Made by a program: the position numbers and the translations under genes. DNA of 61,750 bases, filler included, from Chthonomonadaceae bacterium (lineage in GTDB: Bacteria > Armatimonadota > Chthonomonadetes > Chthonomonadales > Chthonomonadaceae), in the NCBI GenBank assembly GCA_035650735.1. It is 3 parts of 3 records of this genome, joined end to end, with 100 filler letters (N's around TTAATTAATTAA, not from the genome) between each part and the next. Parts side by side here need not be neighbours in the genome. Positions count along the whole stretch, not along the records: positions 1 to 30,830 come from DASRGZ010000066.1; 2 more parts are not named here. One strand, written 5' to 3'. Below, in pieces: positions 1 to 8,651 of this stretch. Within the stretch, counting starts at the first letter, position 1. The number at the start of each line of letters is the position of its first letter. The notes below the pieces were generated by a model, which searched no databases, was not told the origin of the DNA, and saw only the letters and a program-made list of their open reading frames with translations.

Positions 1-1475
1 TGGACGTAAGCGGCGGCCAGGTTATAGATTATCTTCCCCCGCTCAGCCGAGTTCGTATTGACGGCCAGGGCCTTTGAGAACAGATCGGCTGCCGTTGCAT
101 AGTCCTGCGCGTTATAGGCGGTCACGCCCTGGTTGACCAGAGCGACGACGCTCTGCGCGCTCACGGTGCGCCGATACTGGTCGTAACTGTGGAGAAAGGC
201 GATGACGCCCGCCGAGATGCCGCCTCCCAGCACCGCCGAGAGCAGGATCGTCACCAGGAACGCACGCGCTCCCGGCGAGAGCGTAAAAGCTGGCGCAGCA
301 GGGCGGCTCGGATAGGCCGGCGTGCCGAACGGATAGGTCCCGCCGGCTCCGGCAACGGGCGCCGATGGGGCCGGCTGCGGCAGCGACGGCGCGGCATTGG
401 CGCTGCCGGGAGCGCCGGCGTTGTTCCAGTTCCAGGGCAGCGGATCGCCGACAGGGGCCGCAGCGGGCATCGCGGAGGGTGCCGGCGCAGCAATATATCC
501 GCCCGGCGGCACGTTCCCGTAATTGGCGCTCTGCCCGCTCCTGCCGCCGCTATAGCCGCCCGGCACCCAGGAGGGCGGCGGAACAGGCAGCTGAGCGCCT
601 GTGCTATGGTAGCCGTAGCCCATGCCGGTACGGCTCATCGTCTGCATACCGGGAGGCAACGCTGGCATCTGCTCGGCCTGCTGAAGCTCGCGCTTCATCT
701 GCTCGGCGGAGACGTGGCGCTCCCGGGGGTCTTTGGCGAGCGCGCGCAGGATCACCTGTTCGATGGCGGGCGGAACGCCCATCATCGGCGCGGGCGGAGC
801 GTGCATGATGGCGTAAGTGATGCTGACGACGCTGTCGCCTCCGAAGGGCTTGCGCCCGGTCAACATCTCGTAGAGGACAACGGCCAGCGAGAACAGATCG
901 GAGCGGTAGTCAATGTCGCGCCCGATGATCTGCTCCGGCGACATATAGCTGGGCGTGCCGAAAACCTGCCCGTCGCCGGTGAGCGCGGGCTCTTCGGTCA
1001 GGCGGGCGATGCCGAAATCGGTCAGCTTAATCTGTCCGCCCGGCAGGATGTGGATGTTGTCGGGCTTGATGTCGCGGTGAATGACGCGGTTGGCGTGGGC
1101 ATAGGCGAGGGCGTCGAGGACCTGATAGGCGATGGTGAGCGCGTCTTTGAGCGGCAGCGCGCCCTGCACTTGCATCCTGTCCCGGAGGGTCTGGCCCTCC
1201 AGATACTCCATTGCGATAAAGTGCCGACCGTTCTCCTCGCCAAAATCGAAGACGGCCACGATGTTGGGGTGGCTGAGACGCCCGGCGGCGCGGGCCTCGC
1301 GGACAAAGCGCTCGATGCGCTCGCGGCGTGCCTGGCCGGTCAAGCTGGGTGGAATATTCAGTTCCTTCAGCGCGATGCGACGGCCCAGCGTACTGTCCAC
1401 CGCCTCATAGACGATATCGTTGCTGCGCGCGATCTCCCGCACGATCCGATATTTGCCTTTGATTAAATCCACCAA
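1..1475 (-). CDS. Hanks-type Ser/Thr protein kinase with Pro-rich linker, TM segment and C-terminal TPR-like region (runs off the window edge)
   Basis: Manual minus-strand translation (absent from the ORF track because there is no stop in the window): (M)VDLIKGKYRIVREIARSNDIVYEAVDSTLGRRIALKEL...HRDIKPDN...LTDFGIAR...GTPSYMSPEQ; later VLVTILLSAVLGGGISAGVIAF and YNAQDYATAADLFSKAL. GGAGAG RBS before TTG 1475 / GTG 1472. Confidence 0.92.
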   Translation of the reverse strand, partial: MVDLIKGKYRIVREIARSNDIVYEAVDSTLGRRIALKELNIPPSLTGQARRERIERFVREARAAGRLSHPNIVAVFDFGEENGRHFIAMEYLEGQTLRDRMQVQGALPLKDALTIAYQVLDALAYAHANRVIHRDIKPDNIHILPGGQIKLTDFGIARLTEEPALTGDGQVFGTPSYMSPEQIIGRDIDYRSDLFSLAVVLYEMLTGRKPFGGDSVVSITYAIMHAPPAPMMGVPPAIEQVILRALAKDPRERHVSAEQMKRELQQAEQMPALPPGMQTMSRTGMGYGYHSTGAQLPVPPPSWVPGGYSGGRSGQSANYGNVPPGGYIAAPAPSAMPAAAPVGDPLPWNWNNAGAPGSANAAPSLPQPAPSAPVAGAGGTYPFGTPAYPSRPAAPAFTLSPGARAFLVTILLSAVLGGGISAGVIAFLHSYDQYRRTVSAQSVVALVNQGVTAYNAQDYATAADLFSKALAVNTNSAERGKIIYNLAAAYV

Positions 1476-2071
1476 GCGTTTCTCTCCGCCAGGCGCCGGG
1501 CCAGTTGCGCCGCATTGCCGCCCTGGAACGCACACACAGTTATATTATACGTCTAATTAGGTTGCGAATACAGCGTATCCTGCTCCAGGTCTACAGGATG
1601 ACTTCCTCCCTGCTTTCCTGCCGTGCTTCGAGCCATGCTGCCATGCCTGCCGCGCCCTGTCCAGCACCGGGGGCCTGGACAGGTCACCAATCAGCAGACC
1701 AATATACATGTTTTTTGGAACTTTTTCCCATTTTTCCCGTCTTCGTTACGGAACGGGCAGGGGCTAATACGTCTCAGCAGGGACGCAAGCGAGACGACAG
1801 TAATAAAAGGTATATGCTTGGTGGTTAGTAAGGTTATTATCGCAAGCTACCATCAAGGCGACGACGCCCTTTCTCCTGTCCCCTCACTATACAAAGGGCG
1901 CCACCTTTATTGAACCAGGTGCGACCACCGTATACCTAAGTTGAATATCAGATTAGAGCACAATGGTTTGCCGGTCGTATTATGTAAGCTTGGCGATCTC
2001 TGAGCAGACGTGGCAGCTCTCTTGCACGCTTATATCGAGACCAAGGTAAGAAAGGAAGGAAGGTAAGAAAC

Positions 2072-2941
2072 ATGGATCGTTCGTTCTTCTCAGGCCCCGC
2101 TCCCAGAGGGGCCTATCGCTTTGCGAGATTACAGGCTGCCGCGCTGCTGCTCATGCTGACCCTGTTACTGGCATGGGGAGCACCGAACGCGCAGGCTGCC
2201 CCCAAGCCAACGAGCATCAACGTCGTCCCGACGATCACCAGTATTCAGATCGTTAACGGCCAGCTCGTAGCGAGCGGCACCGCGACCGCCGTCATCCACG
2301 GGAAGACCTACACAGCAGCGTTCCAAAATGTCCCTGTTAATATCAGCCTGGCAGCGGACCAGTCCGCTGCGGCCGCGGCCGGCTGTCCCATCCTGGACCT
2401 GAGGCTCGGGCCTATCTTCCTGGATCTGCTCGGATTGGAGGTGCAGACCAGCCCCATCTGTCTTACGATCACCGCCTACCACAATGGCGGATTGTTGGGG
2501 GACCTGCTCTGTGATGTCGCCAACCTGCTGAATGGGGGCCTCACGCTGAGCCAGGTCCTGGCGGGCCAGGGCACGGCCACCCTGCCTGGGCTGACCTCTT
2601 CCCAGATTAGCTCGTTGCTGTCCGGTTTAACCGATCTCTTCAACGCAGCCCTTCCGCAGCTCTTGCAGGCGGTACTGCAATCAATTCAGATAGTGGATCA
2701 GGGCCACACCTGCTCTATTTTGCACCTGGCGCTTGGGCCTATTGATCTCACGCTGCTAGGTCTAAACGTTCACCTGGATAACTGTTCGAATGGACCCGTC
2801 ACCGTGGACATCACCGCCGTTACCGGACAGGGCAACTTGTTAGGGAACCTGCTTTGCCAGTTGGTTGACGGCAATCAATTGAGCCTGGGCTCGACCTTGC
2901 AGCAAATTCTCAACCAACTGGTGGCGTTGCTCACCGGCTAA
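2072..2941 (+). CDS. Secreted hypothetical protein with an internally duplicated C-x-IL-x-L-x-LGPI-x-L-x-LLGL-x-V module
   Basis: Signal peptide (LLLMLTLLLAWGAPNAQA); two similar modules GCPILDLRLGPIFLDLLGLEV...GLLGDLLC and TCSILHLALGPIDLTLLGLNV...NLLGNLLC; purine-rich RBS; terminator downstream. Confidence 0.85.
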   Translation: MDRSFFSGPAPRGAYRFARLQAAALLLMLTLLLAWGAPNAQAAPKPTSINVVPTITSIQIVNGQLVASGTATAVIHGKTYTAAFQNVPVNISLAADQSAAAAAGCPILDLRLGPIFLDLLGLEVQTSPICLTITAYHNGGLLGDLLCDVANLLNGGLTLSQVLAGQGTATLPGLTSSQISSLLSGLTDLFNAALPQLLQAVLQSIQIVDQGHTCSILHLALGPIDLTLLGLNVHLDNCSNGPVTVDITAVTGQGNLLGNLLCQLVDGNQLSLGSTLQQILNQLVALLTG

Positions 2942-2993
2942 ACCCGGTTCACTGCTGACTCTGGCAGTCTGACCATTCTAGGTAAGAACAACG

Positions 2994-3028
2994 TGGGCCG
3001 CCTGCCCTTTCAGCAGGCGGCCCATTTT
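2994..3028 (+). terminator. Rho-independent terminator
   Basis: 12-bp stem TGGGCCGCCTGC/GCAGGCGGCCCA, 7-nt loop, followed by TTTT, about 50 bp after the stop codon. Confidence 0.75.
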
Positions 3029-3141
3029 GATGCGATCCGCGGCGTCCTAGAGCGTGCACGGTATCTGCTGGCAGCCCACACCACCAGAGGGTGTATGCCC
3101 TTTTTTGCCTGCTTCGAGAGAGGACTTGGAGGCTGATGACC

Positions 3142-3173
3142 GCTTGGTGCTCGCTAAAAAGCGAGCACCAAGC
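3142..3173. repeat. Perfect 14-bp hairpin between convergent genes
   Basis: GCTTGGTGCTCGCT-AAAA-AGCGAGCACCAAGC. Confidence 0.7.
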
Positions 3174-3264
3174 CTCTAATGAGCGGCTGGCCTATCTCCT
3201 CAAGAGGACCCAAGTGCATCCCACGCTCTAAAGAGCCGGACGCAGCCAGAGGCCGTACCCCTTC

Positions 3265-5823
3265 TTAGTGCATCGCCGGAGGATTGGGCACGATCTCGGC
3301 GATAGGAGCGGGCGCCGGCGCACGGCGCGGCTTTTTGGCAGCCGCCGCCTTCTCCCGCTTTTGCTCCTCACTGACCGCAGCCGCCTGCGCTTTCGGCTCC
3401 AGCGCCAGTTCCAGCACGCGATCAATGTCGTCTACGAACTCGAAACGCATCTCCTTGCGGACCTCCTCCGGCAGATCCTCGAGCACGTCCTTGCGGTTGC
3501 GCTCCGGCAGGATCACCATCTGGATGCCGGCGCGGCGCGCCCCCAGCACCTTCTCCTTGATGCCGCCCACCGGCAATACCTTGCCGGAAAGCGTCACCTC
3601 GCCGGTCATCGCCAGCAGCGGCCGGACCTTGCGCCCGCTGAAGAGCGAGGCCAGCGCGGTCGTCATCGTTACGCCCGCCGACGGCCCATCCTTGGGAATG
3701 GCCCCCGCCGGGACGTGGATATGGATGTCGTGCTTCTCGTAGAAGTCTGCCGGAGCGCCAAACTCCCCGGCGTGCGCCCGCACATAGGAGAGCGCCGCCT
3801 GCGCCGACTCGCGCATCACCTCGCCCAACTGGCCGGTCAGCGTCAGCGCGGAAGGCCGGTTGCCCGGCGTGGGCATGGCCGTCGCTTCAACGAAGACGAT
3901 ATCGCCGCCCATCGGCGTCCAGACCAGGCCGGTCGCCACGCCGGGCCGCTCTACCCGGTTCATTGCCTCCTCGCTCTCAAAGCGCGGCGCTCCCAGATAC
4001 TCGGTCACGACCTCCGGCGTCACCTCCAGCGTGGTCAGCTTCCCCTCGGCGAAGGCGCGCGTCGCCTTGCGGCAGACCGCCGCGATCTCGCGCTCCAGAT
4101 TGCGAACGCCTGCCTCCCGTGTATAGCCCCGCACCAGATGGCGCACCGAATCCGGCGTAAAGGTGATTCGGCCGGTGATGCCGTGCTCTTCGGCCTGCTT
4201 CGGGATCAGATGCCGCTCGGCGATGGCAACCTTCTCCTCCTCCGTGTAGCCCGCGATCTCGATGATCTCCATGCGGTCGCGCAGCGGCGGCAGGATGGTA
4301 TCGAGCACGTTGGCCGTCGTGATAAACAGCACCTTGCTCAGGTCGAACGGCACATCCAGGTAGTGGTCGCGGAACGACGTGTTCTGCTCCGGGTCAAGCA
4401 CTTCCAGCAGCGCGCTGGAGGGGTCGCCCCGAAAGTCGGCCTGCACCTTATCAATCTCGTCCATCATGAAGACGGGGTTGTTGGTCTCGACACGACGGAT
4501 GCCCTGGATGATCTGGCCCGGCAGGGCGCCGATATAGGTGCGGCGGTGGCCGCGTATTTCGGCCTCGTCGCGCACGCCGCCCAGCGAGATGCGCACGAAC
4601 TTGCGCCCCATCGCCTTGGCGATAGACCGGCCCAGCGAGGTTTTGCCCACACCCGGAGGACCGACGAAGCAGAGGATCGGCTGGCGGGTCGTGCCGTCCT
4701 GCTTAAATTTGCGGACGGACAGGTACTCCAGGATGCGGTCTTTGACCTTCTCCAGGCCGTAGTGGTCCGCGTCCAGCACCTCTTTGACCGCGGGAATATC
4801 CAGATTATCCTCGGTATGGACCTGCCAGGGCATGCTGACCATCCAGTCGAGGTAGGTGCGCGCCACGTTGTACTCCGGCGCCGCCGGATTCATGCGGGTA
4901 AGGCGATCGAGCTCGCGCTCGGCCTCGCGCCGCGCCTCTTCCGGCATGCCTGCGCTGGCGATCTTTTCGCGCAGCTCTTCGAGCTCCTGGGTGCGCTCAT
5001 CGCCCTCGCCCAGCTCCTTCTGGATCTGGCGCATCTGCTCGCGCAGGTAGTACTCGCGCTGCGTCTTGCCAAGCTCCTGGGCCACCTCGGACTGAAGGCG
5101 GCTGCCCAACTCCAGCACCTGCACCTCGCGCCCCAGCAGCTCCATCAGCCGCATCATGCGCGGCTTGAGATCGATTGTCTCCAGGATCTCCTGCCGCTCC
5201 TGGAAGCTCAGGCGCGGCATCTGCTGGGCGATGAGATCCGTCAGGATGTGCGGGTCCTGGACATTGTTGGGCAGGGCCGCCATCTCGTCAGGCAGATCGG
5301 GCGAAAGCTGGACGATCTTGACAAACATGGAGCCGATGTTGCGCTGGAGCGCCTCGATCTCCATCTTCTGGTCTTCGGGGATCGGCTTTTCTTCGATGGG
5401 CCGGACGCGCACGCGCAGATAAGGCGTGGTCTGAACCGCCTCCACGATCTCCATGCGCTGGAGGCCCTGCACAATCAGTCGGATCCCATCGGGCACCTGG
5501 GCCATCGTGCGGATCGCCACCACGGTACCGATCCGGTATACGTCATCGAGCGTGGGGTTCTCGATGCTCGGGTCTTTCATGCAGGTCACAGCGATCAGCC
5601 GGTCGCCGCTGACGACGGTATCGTTGACTAGCTTGATCGAGTTCTCACGCCCCACTCCCAGCGGCGTGACGAGCACCGGGAAAATCACCACCTCTCGCAG
5701 CGGCAGCAGATTCAACACCTCCGGGATGCTCAGCTTGTTTTCCCCCGGGCTTTCCGGCTGCACGCCGTTGCCCTTGAGGCCATCCGCTTGCTCTAATATG
5801 TCAGAAAGGTTCTTTTTTCCCAT
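3265..5823 (-). CDS. lon: ATP-dependent Lon protease
   Basis: LPLREVVIFP N-domain, Walker A GPPGVGKTS, GHRRTYIGALPG, catalytic PKDGPSAG and PVGGIKEK; start placed at MGKKNLS (5823). Confidence 0.97.
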   Translation of the reverse strand: MGKKNLSDILEQADGLKGNGVQPESPGENKLSIPEVLNLLPLREVVIFPVLVTPLGVGRENSIKLVNDTVVSGDRLIAVTCMKDPSIENPTLDDVYRIGTVVAIRTMAQVPDGIRLIVQGLQRMEIVEAVQTTPYLRVRVRPIEEKPIPEDQKMEIEALQRNIGSMFVKIVQLSPDLPDEMAALPNNVQDPHILTDLIAQQMPRLSFQERQEILETIDLKPRMMRLMELLGREVQVLELGSRLQSEVAQELGKTQREYYLREQMRQIQKELGEGDERTQELEELREKIASAGMPEEARREAERELDRLTRMNPAAPEYNVARTYLDWMVSMPWQVHTEDNLDIPAVKEVLDADHYGLEKVKDRILEYLSVRKFKQDGTTRQPILCFVGPPGVGKTSLGRSIAKAMGRKFVRISLGGVRDEAEIRGHRRTYIGALPGQIIQGIRRVETNNPVFMMDEIDKVQADFRGDPSSALLEVLDPEQNTSFRDHYLDVPFDLSKVLFITTANVLDTILPPLRDRMEIIEIAGYTEEEKVAIAERHLIPKQAEEHGITGRITFTPDSVRHLVRGYTREAGVRNLEREIAAVCRKATRAFAEGKLTTLEVTPEVVTEYLGAPRFESEEAMNRVERPGVATGLVWTPMGGDIVFVEATAMPTPGNRPSALTLTGQLGEVMRESAQAALSYVRAHAGEFGAPADFYEKHDIHIHVPAGAIPKDGPSAGVTMTTALASLFSGRKVRPLLAMTGEVTLSGKVLPVGGIKEKVLGARRAGIQMVILPERNRKDVLEDLPEEVRKEMRFEFVDDIDRVLELALEPKAQAAAVSEEQKREKAAAAKKPRRAPAPAPIAEIVPNPPAMH

Positions 5824-5934
5824 GATAAATACTCTCGATTCGTTTTGGTTACTGACGGTGCCGGGGGCAACAAGGGCGCAGAATCTGCCTCTCGGCAAAC
5901 TACGACTTTAAGCGCAGGCCGGCTTAAGATCCAT

Positions 5935-6378
5935 TTAGCCGCTCGACACCTGAATGGACCGAATTTCCGGCGTCGTTTTCTCCTGTTTGGGCAGAGAAAT
6001 GACGAGAAAACCATCCCGATAGTTCGCCGTAATCCGATCCCGGTCAAAATAAAACTCGCCGGGCAAGGAGATATGCCGCTCGAAAGGCCCGAAGTAGATC
6101 TCTAACTGGTAGCACCGAACGCGTTCGCGCCGCTCGTCCTGGGCCTCGGCGCGCTCGCCGGAAATGGTGAGGGTACGGTTATCGGCGGAGAGGATCACGT
6201 TGATCTTCTCCGGCTGCACTCCGGCCAGCTCGATCTTGACGACGAGCGCGCCCGCCGTCTCATACATATCCACCGGCGGATGGAATAGGGCAGCGCGCAG
6301 CGCGTCCTCAGTGAACCGCTGTATCTCCTGCTCCAGCTGGCGAAAAAGCTCAAAGTGGCTAAAATCTCGTTTTGCCAT
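5935..6378 (-). CDS. Hsp20/alpha-crystallin small heat-shock protein
   Basis: PPVDMYET...KIELAGV...LTISGER...YFGPFERHISLP...ITANYRDGFLVISLPK; upstream of lon. Confidence 0.93.
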   Translation of the reverse strand: MAKRDFSHFELFRQLEQEIQRFTEDALRAALFHPPVDMYETAGALVVKIELAGVQPEKINVILSADNRTLTISGERAEAQDERRERVRCYQLEIYFGPFERHISLPGEFYFDRDRITANYRDGFLVISLPKQEKTTPEIRSIQVSSG

Positions 6379-6404
6379 GCGTCCTTGTTCCTTCGCGTGA
6401 TTGA

Positions 6405-7070
6405 TCACCTGGCGCCGTCACTCTGGCTCTGCGCGGCAGTCCGGGCCGGTCGGGGCAGGCGCACGCTAGGCGATGGCCTGTCCGCAAGCGGCGTGCCCGA
6501 TTTGCTTTTGACGACGGCCTGCTCTCGGCGTGCCCGCACGAGCCCCCGAACGCCCATTCCATCGCCGGGATAGCGCGCCAGAAACTCGTTCCAGGCTGCC
6601 TCTGCCTCCTTCCACTGGCGCGCACGCTCGCAGAGCATAGCCAGCTCCTGCCGGCCCCATCGGTTATCGGGAGCCGCCTGCAGGCTTTGCCGCATCCAGG
6701 CGATGGCCTGCGCATAGTCCTTCTCGATGGCGTAGAGATCGGAAAGGGCAGAGCAATAGCGGGCGCGGTCTGCCGGCATAAGCTGCATTCCCTCTTTGAG
6801 CACGGTAATCGCCTCGGGGAGTCGCTGCATATTCTGATACAGGTAAGAAAGCCCCTCGCGCGCTTCAAAAAAGCCCGGCTCCGCCTCGATAGCCTGCCGG
6901 AACTCCTCCCCGGCGCCAGGCCAATCCCCCTCGCGCGTCAGGCGGTTGGCCTCGTCAAAATGCGCCGCTGCACGCACCTGCGGCTCCGCGACGGAAAGCT
7001 GGCGGGTCAGATAGGCCGCGCCGACCAGGGCCGTACAGACGCAAACAAAGGTGGTTGTTCGTCGCTTCAT
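6405..7070 (-). CDS. Membrane-anchored tetratricopeptide repeat protein
   Basis: N-terminal hydrophobic segment followed by several TPR-like helix pairs (EEFRQAIEAEPGFFEAREGLSYLY; AIAWMRQSLQAAPDN). Confidence 0.8.
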   Translation of the reverse strand: MKRRTTTFVCVCTALVGAAYLTRQLSVAEPQVRAAAHFDEANRLTREGDWPGAGEEFRQAIEAEPGFFEAREGLSYLYQNMQRLPEAITVLKEGMQLMPADRARYCSALSDLYAIEKDYAQAIAWMRQSLQAAPDNRWGRQELAMLCERARQWKEAEAAWNEFLARYPGDGMGVRGLVRARREQAVVKSKSGTPLADRPSPSVRLPRPARTAAQSQSDGAR

Positions 7071-7427
7071 GCAAGGTCCTCCGGGCCGCGCCGGCTCCGG
7101 CAGCCAGCCATAGCGCAGCCGGGAACAAACACGGGCACTGCTCCAGCGCCCGCGTGCCGACAAGGGAAGCGTGGGAACACAACCACCTGTGCATATTATG
7201 CTCAATCTATGTTATAATACCCCTATCAACCGCGCACAGTTCCCGCTTCCGAGTTGCTCTCTATGAGAACTTTTCCTCACCATATGACCGCAATAGCGGC
7301 GGCTCTGTTCTCTTTATTTTACTGCTAATAAGGAATTGCAGGGCAGAGCGCCGAACCTCAATAGCAACCCAAGATCCTCGCGCTCGGCCTTCGCAGGAGG
7401 GCCGCCATTAACTCCATTCAGTAGATG

Positions 7428-7795
7428 ATGATCAGGCCTGAAAACGAGCACACGGAGAACAAGCGCATGCTGAACGAGTGGAAGGGGCCGTGATCTCCCT
7501 GGCCGCCTTCGCCACGGCCCGCGGGGGCGGCAGGAGGTCTGGAACCCGGCCTCCCTGCCGTACGATATGCCGGTCGAGGTCCTGTGCGCGAGGCACCCAT
7601 CTCGCCCGCGCAACCGTAAGCTGGCGGATGCCCTCTTCCGGGCCGGGCTCATCGAGCAGTGGGGCACGGGCACGATGCGGATACGGGCGGCTTGTGAAGC
7701 GCGAGGATTGCCCGAGCCAAAGTTCGAACTAAGGATGGGCTGTATGAGGGTCACGCTGTACTCGGACCCGGAGTCGTGCCATAGAGGGAGGGAAC
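7428..7795 (+). pseudogene. Internally deleted AlbA_2/Schlafen + HATPase_c_4 (RecG-C-like) gene remnant
   Basis: MIRPENEHTENKR...(frameshift)AVISLAAFATARGG resembles an AlbA_2 N-terminus and is joined directly to EVWNPASLPYDMPVEVL...HPSRPRNRKLADALFRAGLIEQWGTG, typical of HATPase_c_4. Confidence 0.7.
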
Positions 7796-7867
7796 TGCCG
7801 GACTAGGGCTCGAACCTAGAACCTGCTGATCCAGAGTCAGCCGCTCTGCCAATTGAGCTATCCGGCA
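7795..7867 (-). tRNA. tRNA-Gln (anticodon CTG), CCA not encoded
   Basis: Reverse complement folds: acceptor TGCCGGA/TCCGGCA, D arm GCTC/GAGC, anticodon arm GCTGA-CTCTGGA-TCAGC, T arm CTAGG-TTCGAGC-CCTAG, discriminator G. Confidence 0.97.
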
Positions 7868-7877
7868 ACGTACAAGT

Positions 7878-7906
7878 ATAATACACGGACACGCGGCAAA
7901 TGTCAA
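7878..7906 (-). promoter_or_regulatory. Sigma70-type promoter of tRNA-Gln
   Basis: TTGACA-17 nt-TATTAT on the minus strand, 10 nt upstream of the tRNA. Confidence 0.8.
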
Positions 7907-7978
7907 TACCTACAATCTCCCTCTTCGCCGTAGATGGGTGTATAATGTGGACAGATCGAACGATGCGGGAGATGCCTA

Positions 7979-8627
7979 ATGGGAAGCATTGCCGACCAGT
8001 TGCCCCCGGAGATCGCTCAGCAGATCCACCCCGACCGGCGCAAGAACGAAGCGGCGTACTGGGCCGTCCGGGACCAACTGCTCGATCAATATGGAGGTCA
8101 ATGGATCGGATTCGCCGATGGCAAGGTGGTTGCGTCGGGCAGCAGTCCCGTGACTATGTTTCACGCCGCCGAGGAGACGGGTCTGCACCCTTTCTTCATC
8201 TGCGTTGGAAAAGAGGAACAACCGTGCCGCATCCGTCGTGCTACATTCCCCTATGACGCTAGTTATCCCGGTGAAGCCTTGCCAGTTGATTACAGTTGAA
8301 TTCCGACACGCCCGCGGATCGCCGGACGTTGTCCTGGATCGAGTAATTCCCGATTCGGGGGCGGATGCGAGCGTCTTGCCCTGGGCGGCCTGTCAACTCC
8401 TTCAGTTGACTCCAGCCCCGGGCGTGCAAAGCTTGATAAGTGGTGTTGCTGGCAGTTCGGTGGCAACGCTCGCCTTTCAGGTCTGGGCCTGGCTCGAGGG
8501 CCAGGATTACCCGTGCCGGTTGCAGGCAGACTTCGTGGGGAGCGAGCGGATCCTGGGCCGAGACGTTCTGAATCGCTTGGAGATTCTGTTCCGCGGACCG
8601 GTCGGTGAGGTTGTCGTCAATCCGTGA
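7979..8627 (+). pseudogene. DUF5678-like domain + retropepsin-like (clan AA) aspartyl protease, split by a frameshift near 8285
   Basis: ORF1 (LLDQYGGQWIGFADGKVVASG) ends YPGEALPV; the overlapping frame continues ITVEFR...VIPDSGADASVLP...ILGRDVLNRL (DSG catalytic motif and ILGRD). One extra base explains the split; a sequencing error is possible. Confidence 0.7.
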
Positions 8628-8651
8628 TGAGGACTGCACGCGCACACTCTT

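Noticed and set aside
189..1466. 425-aa plus-strand ORF (and similar long ORFs such as 3268-5631, 12203-13423, 15430-16554, 17961-19295, 37746-38819, 52468-53613)
   Set aside because: Antisense shadow frames of clear genes on the opposite strand, expected in high-GC DNA.
3133..3200. CTGATGA followed by a hairpin, suggestive of a hammerhead ribozyme
   Set aside because: No GAAA core after stem II and no consistent stems I and III.
7795..7815. tRNA 3' end duplicated as an att site bounding an island
   Set aside because: No second copy found in the window and no integrase present.
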